Assembly: GCA_022844165.1 (NCBI GenBank)
Contig: JALHMH010000001.1
Coordinates: 224,001-288,000 of the forward strand
DNA from: Lysobacterales bacterium
GTDB taxonomy: Bacteria; Pseudomonadota; Gammaproteobacteria; Xanthomonadales; SZUA-5
Direction: 5' to 3'
Length of the DNA stretch: 64,000 nt
Position 1 is the stretch's first letter. The number at the start of each line of letters is the position of its first letter. The notes under the pieces are model-generated. The model did not search any database. It was not told where the DNA came from and was given only the letters and a program-made list of their open reading frames with translations. Below are positions 21,171 to 31,879 of this stretch, one piece after another. Made by a program: the position numbers and the translations under genes.

Positions 21171-24100
21171 ATGAAGGGTTCGTCAGCGTCAGTTTGGCGT
21201 TGCGTCATCGTATCGATGGCGCTCCTGGGATCGATGGGTGCGCAGCTGGCGCACGCAGACGAAAAAGCGGTCATCGAACAATCGAGAGGCGCCGACCCTC
21301 GGGTTGATTATCCAGGCCTGACGCGGTTCGGGCCGTGGGACGACCGCAACTACGCGTTGCGCAAAGAAGACATCGATCTGTTGCACCCGAACGATCAATA
21401 CCTGCCGACGGTTCCCGCGTTCTTCAAGGTTCTAAAGCGCAAAGAGATGGCGACGCAGGGATTTCCGCTGCTGGACGATTTGTATCCGCGCGAAACCGAC
21501 AAGGAATTCCAGTACCGTTTTGGCGGCTTGATGCAAAACGGCCAGTTAAAGCTGACAGAACGTGGTCGCTACCATTACCAGGGTCCGGAGAACCCGAATC
21601 CTCTGAAGCCGGATCGTTTTGCGACCGATCCGGTCGCGCGGAACTTGGACAAAGCGGCGCCTGTGTTGAGCGAAGGGCCGTTCGACGGCACGCTGAGCAA
21701 CAATGAGACGACCATCGAGTATCACCCGACGAATCCCAATATCGCCATTGCGGGATCAAACGGTTCGGGCGGTCAGCGCATGTCGTTTTCGTCAGACGGC
21801 GGCGCAACCTGGGGGAACGCTGGTGCGCTGTCTGGCACGTGCTGCGATCCAGCGATCGAATACACATCGAACGGCGCAATCGCCTTCGCAGCGACCTTGG
21901 GCCAATCGGGCAGCGGCTGCACCTTCTCACTGTGCTCGACGGTGTACTGGTCTTTCAATAACGGCCAAACCTGGTTGGGGCCGGTGCATACCTCAACAGC
22001 CAGCTCCGATAAGGAGTTCATCCATGTGGACAGGTCGCCAGATTCGCCGTTCCGCGACCGTGTGTATTTGACCTGGCACCAAGGCAACGTGATGCAGTTT
22101 GCGCGCTCAACCGCGTTGCCAGTGCAAGGCGGCGCCGGGCTGCAATTTGCGCCAACGATTTCTTTTGCGCCGGACGAACGTGGCATCGGCAGCGATATTG
22201 CCACTGATCGCCAAGGGCGAATTTATTACGTTTACCCCAGCACCACGACCGGTTCTGCGGAAATGCGCTTGCTTCGTTCCGACGACGGCGGCGTCACCTT
22301 CGTCGATCTCAACGGTGCGACGGCCGGCCTGGCCAGTCAGATCTTCGATTTGCACGGCCGCTTCGACTTCCCCATTCCAGCGATGGAATCGCGCGAAGTC
22401 TTCATCTACGCAGTCGTCGACGTCGATATGAGCGGCGGGCCGCGCGATGGCCGTGTGTATGTCGCATTCACCGATGAAAACGCTGCTGCTGGCAGCCCCG
22501 GCAACGGCACTGGCGCTGTCAATTCCAATCATGCGTGGGTTCGCGTGATCTATTCGGACGATCAGGGTGCAACGTGGTCTACCGGCACCAGCCCACATTC
22601 GCTCGCCGACCAAACCACGGTCGATCGATTCCAGCCGTGGATGAAGCTGGATGCACAAGGCAATGTCCATATCGGCTGGCAAGACACACGAAATTCGGGA
22701 GACGGCTTGCGCAACAAGGCCGATTGGTACTACGCCGTATCGACGGATGGTGGCAATACCTGGGTCGAAGAAACGCGTGTTTCTTCGGTGGTTTCGCAGA
22801 ACATTGCCAACGGACAGGAATGGGGCGACTACAACGGCCTCGGTATCTCCTCGGACGGGCAGGTGATCGGAATGACCTGGACCGACAATCGCATCGTCAC
22901 GCCGCCATCCACGACATCGCAGCGTTCGTTTGCCGGTCGTGTGCAAAATCTGTTCAATACGCCGTCCTTCAACATGAGTGCGCCGAACTCGTCGATCAGT
23001 GTCTGCGCGCGCACGCCGTCGGCGACCAATGCACCGCCGGTGACCCTGAATCTCGTGGCGATTAACGGTTTCAGCGGCACCACCAACCTGAGTTTCCCGA
23101 ATCCACTTCCCTCTGGTGTCGCTGGCACGCTGACGCCAACGGCTGTGACCACATTGCCCGGCAGTTCCATCGCGCAACTCACCGCAAACAATACTGCGAC
23201 GCCGGGTACGGTCGGCGTGGTGGTTCGCGGTGTATCCGGCGCGATCACGCGCGACGTGCCGATTTCGCTGACCATCGCCACTGCGGCACCAACCGTGTCG
23301 ACGTTGACGTTGCCCGCCAACGGTGCAACTGCGGTCAGCACCTCGCCGACATTCACCTGGAGCGCCTCGACACAGGCCGCGTCCTATCAGCTGGACGTTG
23401 CAACAGACGCTGCATTCACCAATATCCTGTTCACGCGAACGTTGACCGATACCAGCTTGGTCTCGCCTGTCGCGCTGCCGACCTCGACGCAGATTTTCTG
23501 GCGCGTCACCGCAACGAACGCGTGTCCGGTGCAAGAGCCAGTCGAGCTGTTCATGGACGGATTTGAGGACCCGGTGCCTGGCGGTGCAGGTGCCGTGTCT
23601 GCGACGGGCAGCTTTACGACCCAATCCGCGCCTGGCGATTGTCCTGCGGGCCCTGCGCCAACCATCCTGCTGAGCGAGAACTTCGATAGCGGCACGCCGG
23701 GTTCGGGCTGGGGTCAGCAAGCTGGCGGTTCTGGAACAAACACCTGGGCGGTGACCAATGCGTTCCCGTTCGGTGGTTCCGGTCAGTCGTTACGCGCCAC
23801 TGCGCCGACCACGGTGTCCGATCAACGCTATGTCAGTCCAGCGATTGCCCTCGGTGCAGTTGGCAATGGTCTGACGCTGACCTTCCAATCGCGACACGCC
23901 ATCGAAATCCGCACCACTGGGGCCAACTGTTTTGATGCTGCGATTCTCGAAGTGTCAACCGACGGTGGTACCAGCTTTACGCAAGTTCCAGGCGCTCAGC
24001 TTCTCACTGATCCATACAACGCTCCCGTCGACGCGGGATTTTCGAGTCCGATTCCGGGCGTGCCCGCCTGGTGCGGAACCCAGCCCTTTACCAGCAATGT

Positions 24101-24224
24101 TGTTGATCTGGCGCCATATGCCGGGCAAACGGCACAGTTCCGCTTCCGACTGACTTCCGATTCGTCCGTCAGCCTTCCGGATGGCTGGATCATCGATAAC
24201 GTCGAAGTTAAGCGTTGCAATTGA
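21171..24224 (+). CDS. Large secreted protein: BNR/Asp-box (sialidase-like) propeller, FN3-like region, C-terminal jelly-roll-like domain
   Basis: Signal peptide; repeated SxDGGxTW boxes; WxIDNV at the C-terminus; start uncertain. Confidence 0.82.
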   Translation: MKGSSASVWRCVIVSMALLGSMGAQLAHADEKAVIEQSRGADPRVDYPGLTRFGPWDDRNYALRKEDIDLLHPNDQYLPTVPAFFKVLKRKEMATQGFPLLDDLYPRETDKEFQYRFGGLMQNGQLKLTERGRYHYQGPENPNPLKPDRFATDPVARNLDKAAPVLSEGPFDGTLSNNETTIEYHPTNPNIAIAGSNGSGGQRMSFSSDGGATWGNAGALSGTCCDPAIEYTSNGAIAFAATLGQSGSGCTFSLCSTVYWSFNNGQTWLGPVHTSTASSDKEFIHVDRSPDSPFRDRVYLTWHQGNVMQFARSTALPVQGGAGLQFAPTISFAPDERGIGSDIATDRQGRIYYVYPSTTTGSAEMRLLRSDDGGVTFVDLNGATAGLASQIFDLHGRFDFPIPAMESREVFIYAVVDVDMSGGPRDGRVYVAFTDENAAAGSPGNGTGAVNSNHAWVRVIYSDDQGATWSTGTSPHSLADQTTVDRFQPWMKLDAQGNVHIGWQDTRNSGDGLRNKADWYYAVSTDGGNTWVEETRVSSVVSQNIANGQEWGDYNGLGISSDGQVIGMTWTDNRIVTPPSTTSQRSFAGRVQNLFNTPSFNMSAPNSSISVCARTPSATNAPPVTLNLVAINGFSGTTNLSFPNPLPSGVAGTLTPTAVTTLPGSSIAQLTANNTATPGTVGVVVRGVSGAITRDVPISLTIATAAPTVSTLTLPANGATAVSTSPTFTWSASTQAASYQLDVATDAAFTNILFTRTLTDTSLVSPVALPTSTQIFWRVTATNACPVQEPVELFMDGFEDPVPGGAGAVSATGSFTTQSAPGDCPAGPAPTILLSENFDSGTPGSGWGQQAGGSGTNTWAVTNAFPFGGSGQSLRATAPTTVSDQRYVSPAIALGAVGNGLTLTFQSRHAIEIRTTGANCFDAAILEVSTDGGTSFTQVPGAQLLTDPYNAPVDAGFSSPIPGVPAWCGTQPFTSNVVDLAPYAGQTAQFRFRLTSDSSVSLPDGWIIDNVEVKRCN

Positions 24225-24249
24225 GAACTGTCAGTCGATGATGGAAATG

Positions 24250-24278
24250 AAAACCCCCGGCCTTGCCGGGGGTTTTTT
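24250..24278 (+). terminator. Intrinsic terminator, probably bidirectional
   Basis: aaaacccccggc-ctt-gccgggggtttttt between convergent genes. Confidence 0.88.
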
Positions 24279-24421
24279 CAATTTGCGTCACTTGCTAACA
24301 GTATGCTTCGAGATGAAGGGAGGAGGGATCAGGCGCTTGCGTGACCGATCCGTGTGATCCGCCACAGTGCCGCCAGTTGGCTTTCTGTTATCAGCCTGGT
24401 GCGAGATCGCGATTGCAGAAA

Positions 24422-24847
24422 CTACTTGCCAATGGAGAGGGTGACGCTGCAATCGTAAATGTCGATACAGCCGATCCCCAGCCAGTCGTTGCAGGTGTCG
24501 CCGCTCGGACCCTTGTCGCCGTTCTTGACCAGGGCGACCTTGCAGCTGATCTCCACGCCTTCGGTCGGATCGGCGCCGTCTGGAATGGGCAACTTCAGAT
24601 CGCCGACCTCAGCTGTGTAACTCCGGCCGTCGGAAGTGGCGCGGGTGGGACCGGACCAGGCGTCGCTGAGCAGTGGCAGTGCGTCACGCGGCCGGCCATC
24701 GGCTCCGAGGGTCATCGCTTGGTCGAGTGGAAAGCGGATGGTTCCGCGCTGATATTGCAGCTGAATCGACTGGCCATCTGCGGCGTTGGCGGTCGCCGGC
24801 ATCAACATCGGGAAGGTGCAAGCAATAAAAAGCAGACGAATGTTCAC
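24422..24847 (-). CDS. Hypothetical secreted protein
   Basis: GTG start with GGAG RBS; signal peptide ending ANA; four Cys in the C-terminal part. Confidence 0.7.
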   Translation of the reverse strand: MNIRLLFIACTFPMLMPATANAADGQSIQLQYQRGTIRFPLDQAMTLGADGRPRDALPLLSDAWSGPTRATSDGRSYTAEVGDLKLPIPDGADPTEGVEISCKVALVKNGDKGPSGDTCNDWLGIGCIDIYDCSVTLSIGK

Positions 24848-24952
24848 GGATAATCTCCCTCAGGTTCGGAGTGGCGGATGCCACGCCTTAACCCAACAGT
24901 ACGCACGCGAATGCGGCCACAGATCAACGTGCCAGGAACCTAAGCGGTGGGC

Positions 24953-27946
24953 TTACTCAAACGAGTTTGCGAAGACGAACTCAGGTGGAATTTGAGCGTT
25001 GTATCGTCCGCCGGTGTTGAGTAAACCGCTACCACTTTCGCCACCCCAGACGATCATCTCGTTGCCGGTCCATACGGCCGAGTGCCGACTTCTCGCACTT
25101 GGCGATCCGCTGCTTGATATCAATTGCCAACGATCTGTTTCAGGCCGATAGCGCCCTCCACTTGCTAGATAATCAGCACCAAAGCCAGCCCAGATTATCA
25201 CTTCGCTGCCTGTCCATATGGCCGTATGTCCGAACCTCGCACTTGGGGCATTGCCCATTGGCATTGCCTTCCAGCTGATAGTGCCTGGGTCGTAGCGAGC
25301 ACCGTCACCGAAATCAGAACCAACACGTCTGCCGCCCCAAACGACCATCTCGGCACCAGTCCACACGGCGGTGTGATCGTACCGTCCGGCTGGCGCACCG
25401 TTGCTTTGAGTCGCCTGCCAGACATCAGAGCGAGGGTCATAATGTCCACCATCGCCAATGTGAGTGCCGTCACCATAGCCGCCCCAGATGATCATTTCGC
25501 TCCCCGTCCACACTGCAGTGTGCGCGTACCGAGGGCTCGGCGCGCCACTGCTTTGAGTGGCCCGCCAGGTATCCATGCCAGGGTCATAACGTCCGCCACT
25601 GTCGAGAAACGGGCCGCCATAGCCGCCCCAAACAATCATCTCACTGCCAGTCCACACAGCGGTATGTCCGAACCGCTGACTTGGCACGTCAACGCCTTGT
25701 AACGAGCGCCAGCTATTGGTACCAGGGCTGTATCGACCCCCGCTCGCAAGCGCGGAACCGCCCCGACCACCCCAGACGATCATTTCATTGCCGGTCCACA
25801 CGGCGACATGTCCGTACCGCCCGCTTGGCGATCCACTGGTCGGCATAGGCAGCCAGCTGTCGACGCTTGGGATGTAGCGCATGCCGTCGGCAAGGTGAGT
25901 ACTAGCGAGACCACCCCACAAAATCATCTCATTGCCGGTCCACACGGCGGTGTGCAGGCGGCGTGCGTCAGGCGCATCATTCGGCGTCGCTTGCCAGCTA
26001 TTGGTGTCGGGACGGTAGCGTCCGCCGCTGGCCGCGAAGAAACCGTCCGAGCCACCCCAGCCGCCCCAAACGATCATTTCGCTGCCAGTCCATACCGCCG
26101 AGTGGGAGTGCCGCGCGCTCGGCGCACTGCTATTTTGCATATCTTGCCAATCATCGGTCCTCGGGTTGTAGCGCCCGCCGCTGGCGACGAAGGATCCACC
26201 CCAACCACCCCAGACGATCATCTCGCTGCCGGTCCACACAGCGATGTGGCCGGACCGTGCACTTGGCGCACCAATGCTCTGACTCGCCAGCCAGTCATTG
26301 GTGTCCGGACGATACCGTCCGCCGCTCGCGAAATGATCTTCGCCGTCAAAACCACCCCAAACGACCATCTCACTGCCCGTCCATAGAGCCGAATGATGCC
26401 GACGCCCAGATGGCGCACCGATGTTTGGCATCGGCTGCCATCCATTCGTGCGCGGGTTGTAACGTGCGCCGGTTGCCAAATAAGAACCGTCATAACCACC
26501 CCAGACAATCATCTCGTTACCGGTCCACACCGCAGTGTGATTTCGACGTGCCTCAGGCGCATCTGTGCTGGCCATCGCCTGCCAGCTATCCTTGCCTGGG
26601 TCGAAACGCGCCCCGCTGAAAAGAAGAGTATCGCCAGCACCACCCCAAACGATCATCTCGCTACCGGTCCAAACCGCCGAGTGGCGATGCCGGCCACTGG
26701 GCGCCCCGTCGGGCGGCATTGGTCGCCAGCTATCGATGCTCGGGTTATAGCGCCCCCCATCAGCCAAATTCAGGGGGCTGGCGAGGCTTCCTGAGCCGCC
26801 CCACACAATCATCTCGGTACCTGTCCATACCACCGAGTGACCACTCCGCGCCCTCGGCGCACTGTTGGTCTGCGTCTGTTGCCAGCTGTCGGTGGTCGGG
26901 TTGTAACGTCCGCCGACTGCAAGTAGTCCGCTATCGTTTTCGCCACCCCAGATGATCATCTCAGTGCCGGTCCAGACAGCGGTATGAAGCCACCGCCCGT
27001 CCGGCACGTCCTTCATCGATCGCCAACTGCCTGATGCCTCTTTCTCCACAATCAACTCGGTTCCTGTGATCTCGGGCAGCTCCAGTAGCTCAACCACGAC
27101 TCTTGCTGCTGGATGGGACTTGCGTTGATCTGTCCACCAAGCGTCGAAACTCCGCTTGGGCCAGTAGCGAGTGCGTACTTCCAGGCGATCTTGCTGATCC
27201 GACAGTAGCGTCTCCTCGACAAAACCATTTGCAGTCTCGCGAAGAGACGGTTGGTAGAAATCTGCCCAAAGTAGACGTTTTCCAGACAACTGTAACCGCG
27301 AACGCATTTGGCCAAAATCCGCAACGTTGAGATCGACGGTCATTGGCACTGTCGCTGATTCTGGAGCAACTCTTGGCGGAGACGATTCATCCCTTAGCAG
27401 GTACACAATGCGCTGCTCCGCTCCACCGCTGCGTTCAATCAAATCGGCGGCGGCGCCAGCCGCCAGAACCGACTGCGCCGTCGCGCGCAGCGCACGGCGT
27501 TGCCGTTCATCGTAAGCGTATGCCTCGCGCAAACGGCGCGCGACGAGCAGGGGGCGCACCAGGCATTCGCCAATCAACACGGCATCGTTACCCAGCGCCT
27601 GAAATTGCTCGCGAAGGCGATCCGGTGCGCGGGTGCCGAATGCAATGCGGTTAAGTTCCGTTTGAAGCGCATGCCGATCAATGCGCACGTTGTACCACTG
27701 GAAGAGCGCAGCTTCCTGGCGCAGCGCGTCAGTAACTTGCTGGCGGAGAAGCACATCACTGAAAACCGAAGCACGAGCCGGCTTGGGGTGAGGATTCGAT
27801 TCCGGCCAAATCGTGTGCGACCACTTCAAGTCCTCGATGATCGCCGAGCATGCGACGCGTTCGTCGAGCCTCAAAGCAGCAGCATTCGCCGTGCAGCATG
27901 CGATCATCAACATCCAAATCAGGCGGGCCAGCACGTTCGCTTTCAT
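24953..27946 (-). CDS. Secreted Kelch-like repeat protein
   Basis: Signal peptide; 14 repeats of HxAVWTGxEMIVWGG; ends FVFANSFE. Confidence 0.88.
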   Translation of the reverse strand: MKANVLARLIWMLMIACCTANAAALRLDERVACSAIIEDLKWSHTIWPESNPHPKPARASVFSDVLLRQQVTDALRQEAALFQWYNVRIDRHALQTELNRIAFGTRAPDRLREQFQALGNDAVLIGECLVRPLLVARRLREAYAYDERQRRALRATAQSVLAAGAAADLIERSGGAEQRIVYLLRDESSPPRVAPESATVPMTVDLNVADFGQMRSRLQLSGKRLLWADFYQPSLRETANGFVEETLLSDQQDRLEVRTRYWPKRSFDAWWTDQRKSHPAARVVVELLELPEITGTELIVEKEASGSWRSMKDVPDGRWLHTAVWTGTEMIIWGGENDSGLLAVGGRYNPTTDSWQQTQTNSAPRARSGHSVVWTGTEMIVWGGSGSLASPLNLADGGRYNPSIDSWRPMPPDGAPSGRHRHSAVWTGSEMIVWGGAGDTLLFSGARFDPGKDSWQAMASTDAPEARRNHTAVWTGNEMIVWGGYDGSYLATGARYNPRTNGWQPMPNIGAPSGRRHHSALWTGSEMVVWGGFDGEDHFASGGRYRPDTNDWLASQSIGAPSARSGHIAVWTGSEMIVWGGWGGSFVASGGRYNPRTDDWQDMQNSSAPSARHSHSAVWTGSEMIVWGGWGGSDGFFAASGGRYRPDTNSWQATPNDAPDARRLHTAVWTGNEMILWGGLASTHLADGMRYIPSVDSWLPMPTSGSPSGRYGHVAVWTGNEMIVWGGRGGSALASGGRYSPGTNSWRSLQGVDVPSQRFGHTAVWTGSEMIVWGGYGGPFLDSGGRYDPGMDTWRATQSSGAPSPRYAHTAVWTGSEMIIWGGYGDGTHIGDGGHYDPRSDVWQATQSNGAPAGRYDHTAVWTGAEMVVWGGRRVGSDFGDGARYDPGTISWKAMPMGNAPSARFGHTAIWTGSEVIIWAGFGADYLASGGRYRPETDRWQLISSSGSPSARSRHSAVWTGNEMIVWGGESGSGLLNTGGRYNAQIPPEFVFANSFE

Positions 27947-28058
27947 CAAACTATCGCTTCTTCTTATGTATCCGAAATTTTAGTGCGAAATTCTGACAGC
28001 CAAGCGGATCAGCTCACGGCCGGCGTCGACAACGTCTTGGGGTCGACGATATCGTTCT

Positions 28059-30538
28059 TTGCACCATATGTCGCGCGACTATTCGTACGACCGCTTCGCG
28101 CGCTCGGCGAGTGTGCAGACGTTATTGAAAGAGGACAAATACGTCAGCCGCACAACGTACGACAAATACGGGCGCGTGTTCCATTCCTTCGATCCGATCC
28201 GGACAGCACCAGCCCATTCGGCCAATTCCAGGTCTACTCAGCCGATGGATTCCCCATCGGGATTCGGGAAGCTGCGGATGGCACGACGGGTATCTTGTAC
28301 AACGAAGTCCTGTCGCTGACGGCACGGCAACAAGTCCGCCGCGAGCGTTATCACGGTAGCAACAATCTGGTCAGCGAGCGCACGTTCGACGACAACACCG
28401 GGCGCTTGGCGACAATTAGGACGGGCACATTCAGTGGAGGAGTCGTTGGTGGCCAGTTGCAGGATTGGACGACAAACTGGGACAAGAATGGCAATCTGAC
28501 GATGCGCCATGATCGAACCGCTGGCGCGGATTCGAAGGAAGTATTTGGCTACGATGCGCTCGATCGATTGACGACGGTGAACCAGACGATCGGCTCGTCG
28601 CCAGCCATCAACACGCTCACGCTCGCTTACGACCAGCTCGGCAACATCACCATGAAGTCCGGGTCTGGCGCCGCAAATCTTGGCGCCTACGCCTACAACA
28701 GCACCCCCGCGCAAACCGGTTGCGCGCTGCCCGCAGGCCCGCACGCGGTCAGTCTGGTCGCAGGCAAGAGTTACTGTTACGACGAAAACGGTAACAACAC
28801 GCAGGTGCGCAAATTCGGCAGCGCGATCCGTACCATCGCCTATACCGGCTTCGATCTGCCAGAGCAGATCGTGCGTAATGAGCCTACCAGTGAGGGAGCC
28901 ATCCAGGCCGAGGTGAGCTTCAAGTACGCGATCGATCGCAGTGTGTACGAGCGGCTTGACAACGATTCCACCAGGACGCGATACGTCGGCAATGTTGAGT
29001 TCATCGCCGATGGCAGGAGCGATATCGTCAAGCGCTACATTGGCGGCTTTCTGGTCATCACTAAAGTGCTCCAAGGTGGGAACGCCACCTATGACTATTT
29101 GCTGCGCGACAGTTTAGGGAGCATCGATACGGTTGCCAGCGAAACCGGGGCGCTCAGGAGCCGCCAGAGCTTCAATGCGCACGGCCAGCGGCGCAACGCC
29201 GCGACCGCCGGTGGCGGCTGGACCTTGTTGACGCTGCTCCAAGCCGCCGCATTTGCCAACACCACCAGCCCGACCACTCAGGGGTTCACCGGCCATGAGC
29301 AACTTGATCAAGTCGGCCTGGTGCATATGGGCGCACGGCTGTACGATGCCGAGATCGGGCGGTTCCTCCAGGCCGACGACTTCGTCGAACCTGAGGCCAC
29401 GCAGGGGCTGAATCGGTACAGTTATGTACTCAATAATCCGCTGACCGCCACCGATCCGACGGGGAACTTCTCGCTTAGGCAGGCGATCGGGATTGTCATT
29501 GGCGTCGTCGCCGCGATCATCAGCCAGCAGTATTGGGCAATCGACAAACTGATCTCGTTCGGCATCGCCGTTGCTGGCGGATTCGCAAGCGCAGCGATCT
29601 CGACCGGCTCGCTCAAAGCAGGGTTGTGGGGTGCGGTCAGTGCGGCAGTGTTCTGGGGCATTGGCACGCAGTTCTCGAAGGCGTGGGCGTTCGACACGGG
29701 AACTGCTTGCACGCAGCACATGACCCGAGGGGCTGTTGCGGCAAAGGTCGCGGCACACGCAGCGACAGGAGGAACGCTTAGCGTCCTGCAGGGCGGCAAG
29801 TTTGGCCATGGATTCTTCTCCGCTGGATTTACTGAAGCGCTAAGTCCGGCCGTGGGACAGATGGGCGATGGAAAGTCGTTCGGAAGCGTTCTCGGACGTA
29901 CCGCAGCTAGCGCCACAATTGGTGGGACGGTGAGTAAGTTGACCGGTGGGTCGTTCGCAAATGGGGCGGTCACGGCGGCGTTCACGGTTGCGTTCGGAAA
30001 TGCGATCAGCGAAACCATTGCGTTTTCTGGGCAGGAAACGATGGAAGAAATGGTTGATCCGGAAGAAGATATCGGGTCTGGGGAAGCCATATTTAACGAG
30101 GTTGTCACAGAGTTTCGAGATTCCGGAAGCCTCCCGAGTCATATACAAATCGCGTACAGCGACGATTTAGCATACTTCAGAAACAACGAAATAGTGCGTT
30201 TTAGATCAGCGGAAGAGGCGCGGGCAGCGGGCTTTTATGGAGCAGGGATCGCTGGCTATACCCAGACCCGAGTTGTGGATGGGCAAACTCAAGCGCGAAT
30301 CCTGATTTTGAGAGGCGCTGCGCACCCACGAAGTGCACTTGTCGCCATGACTTCTATGGACAGAGCAACTTGGCGACCTATCGTATTCACCAGACATGGC
30401 ATGATGCGTTTTACGATTGCTCATGAGATCCGCCATGCACTTGACTCGTCTCTTGGTAGCTCTTCGGGCTTAGATCATTGGCGTGCGAATGAATACGGCA
30501 GGACCGTGTGCAGGCAACTTGGAGGTGGTTGTGGGTAA
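28059..30538 (+). pseudogene. 5'-truncated, frameshifted Rhs/YD-repeat toxin with a C-terminal HExxH metallopeptidase-like tip
   Basis: YD repeats, GFTGHE...MGARLYD...RYSYVLNNPLTATDPTG core, HEIRH at 30422-30436; frameshift at 28191-28200. Confidence 0.88.
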
Positions 30539-31058
30539 GTATTTTTTCTGTTTGTTTTTGTGCCCCTCGTTTGCGAGTGCTACAACTGAGGCCGCCTTGG
30601 TAAACAAAGATTATCGGCATGCGACGATTGTAGAAGCAGAAGCGACGGAGGCTGTTGACCGGGATTGTTATGTGTTCGAAACAAAGTCCGCTGGCAAGAT
30701 CAGTCTACGGATAATAGGAGTTGGACCAGGGGACAAATTTGTTGTGGTTCTGCCAAGGAGAATTCCGAAGTGTTTCGCGGTCCCGAGAGACCCAAGAGTT
30801 ATTATGCTCGTGACGGTCGATGGGCTTAATTTGGCGACACTGTCGTGCGATGGCTTCGACCCACTCGCTCGTTTTTTGGAGCTGAGTAGCATTGCATTAT
30901 TGGATGACAAAGAGCCGCGCAATTTCAATGGGTGCAATACGTCCAAAATTGTAGATAAGAGAGATGCGATGGCATTTCTATACCGAATGTGGCTGGGTGT
31001 AAACGTTGATGTCGTTGGTGGGAGCGCAATCGAACCTTTCTTACAAACTAAAGAATGA
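30531..31058 (+). CDS. Putative immunity protein (exported)
   Basis: Overlaps the Rhs stop, lower GC, signal-peptide-like N-terminus; role inferred from position. Confidence 0.6.
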   Translation: MGKYFFCLFLCPSFASATTEAALVNKDYRHATIVEAEATEAVDRDCYVFETKSAGKISLRIIGVGPGDKFVVVLPRRIPKCFAVPRDPRVIMLVTVDGLNLATLSCDGFDPLARFLELSSIALLDDKEPRNFNGCNTSKIVDKRDAMAFLYRMWLGVNVDVVGGSAIEPFLQTKE

Positions 31059-31148
31059 GCGACGGCGACAACAATGCGTGGCGCACCTACACAGAATCAT
31101 TTGGTCCCTGTCGGCTCGGAGCACCAAGCTGAAAAAAGAGAAAGCTGA

Positions 31149-31448
31149 AAAAAGAGACACCCAGTTTTCGAAGCGCGCAAGCAGTGGTGGTGGCATCCAG
31201 GGCTACGGATGTCGAAATCGCTGTTCGGAGGAAGGAGGTTTTGAGCGCGCACGCAACGCGCCCAGACGCCAGCGGCGCCAAGAATCCCATGTGAGTTTCT
31301 CAGCCGGTCACGAGGCTCCGGGCGTAGCCGATGCCTTTGAGCCATTTCCGCTTCCACTCTGCGGCCTTGGCTTCGAGTGCTTCCACGCTGGCAACGAAGC
31401 GCCAATATCCAGAGCCGACGCCTTTGACGTGCGCGGTCCGGTAGTTGG
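31149..31448 (-). repeat. Copy 1 of the transposase 3' end plus downstream terminus
   Basis: Near-identical to about 31929-32228; includes the last ~49 codons and the stop at 31300. Confidence 0.92.
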
Positions 31449-31661
31449 AACTGGACTGCGGAGGAACTGGACTGCGGACACCCAGTGCGCCAGGCGAAGC
31501 TGGCGCGATCTAGGTGACAAATCGGAACTAACAATATTTGCCGCCTGTAACGTCTCCGCCGGGGCGATCATTCCGGAGTTTTGGCATCGAACAGCAAGGG
31601 GACATTGTTCGAGACTATTACTACCTGAGGCAGGGTAAGGAAAAAGAGACACCCGGTAAGG

Positions 31662-31874
31662 AAAAAGAGACACCCAGTTTTCGAAGCGCGCGAGCAGTGT
31701 GGTGGCATCTAGGGCTACGGATGTCGAAATCGCTGTTCGGAGGAAGGAGGTTTTGAGCGCGCACGCAACGCCTCCAGACGCCAGCGGCGCCAAAAGTCCC
31801 ATGTGAGTCTCTCAGCCGGTCACAAGGCTCCTGGCATAGCCGATGCCTTTGAGCCACTGCTGTTTCCACTGCGC
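31662..31874 (-). repeat. Copy 2 of the transposase 3' end plus terminus
   Basis: Encodes AQWKQQWLKGIGYARSLVTG*, versus AEWKRKWLKGIGYARSLVTG* in the intact gene. Confidence 0.9.
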
Positions 31875-31879
31875 AAGGG

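Noticed and set aside
22107-23720. Long antisense ORFs (537 aa here; others opposite tuf, coxA and rpoB)
   Set aside because: Shadow ORFs expected in GC-rich coding DNA; no recognisable motifs.
27500-28058. N-terminal extension of the 1012-aa Rhs ORF
   Set aside because: It is mostly antisense overlap with the Kelch gene; Rhs similarity starts near 28060 in another frame.
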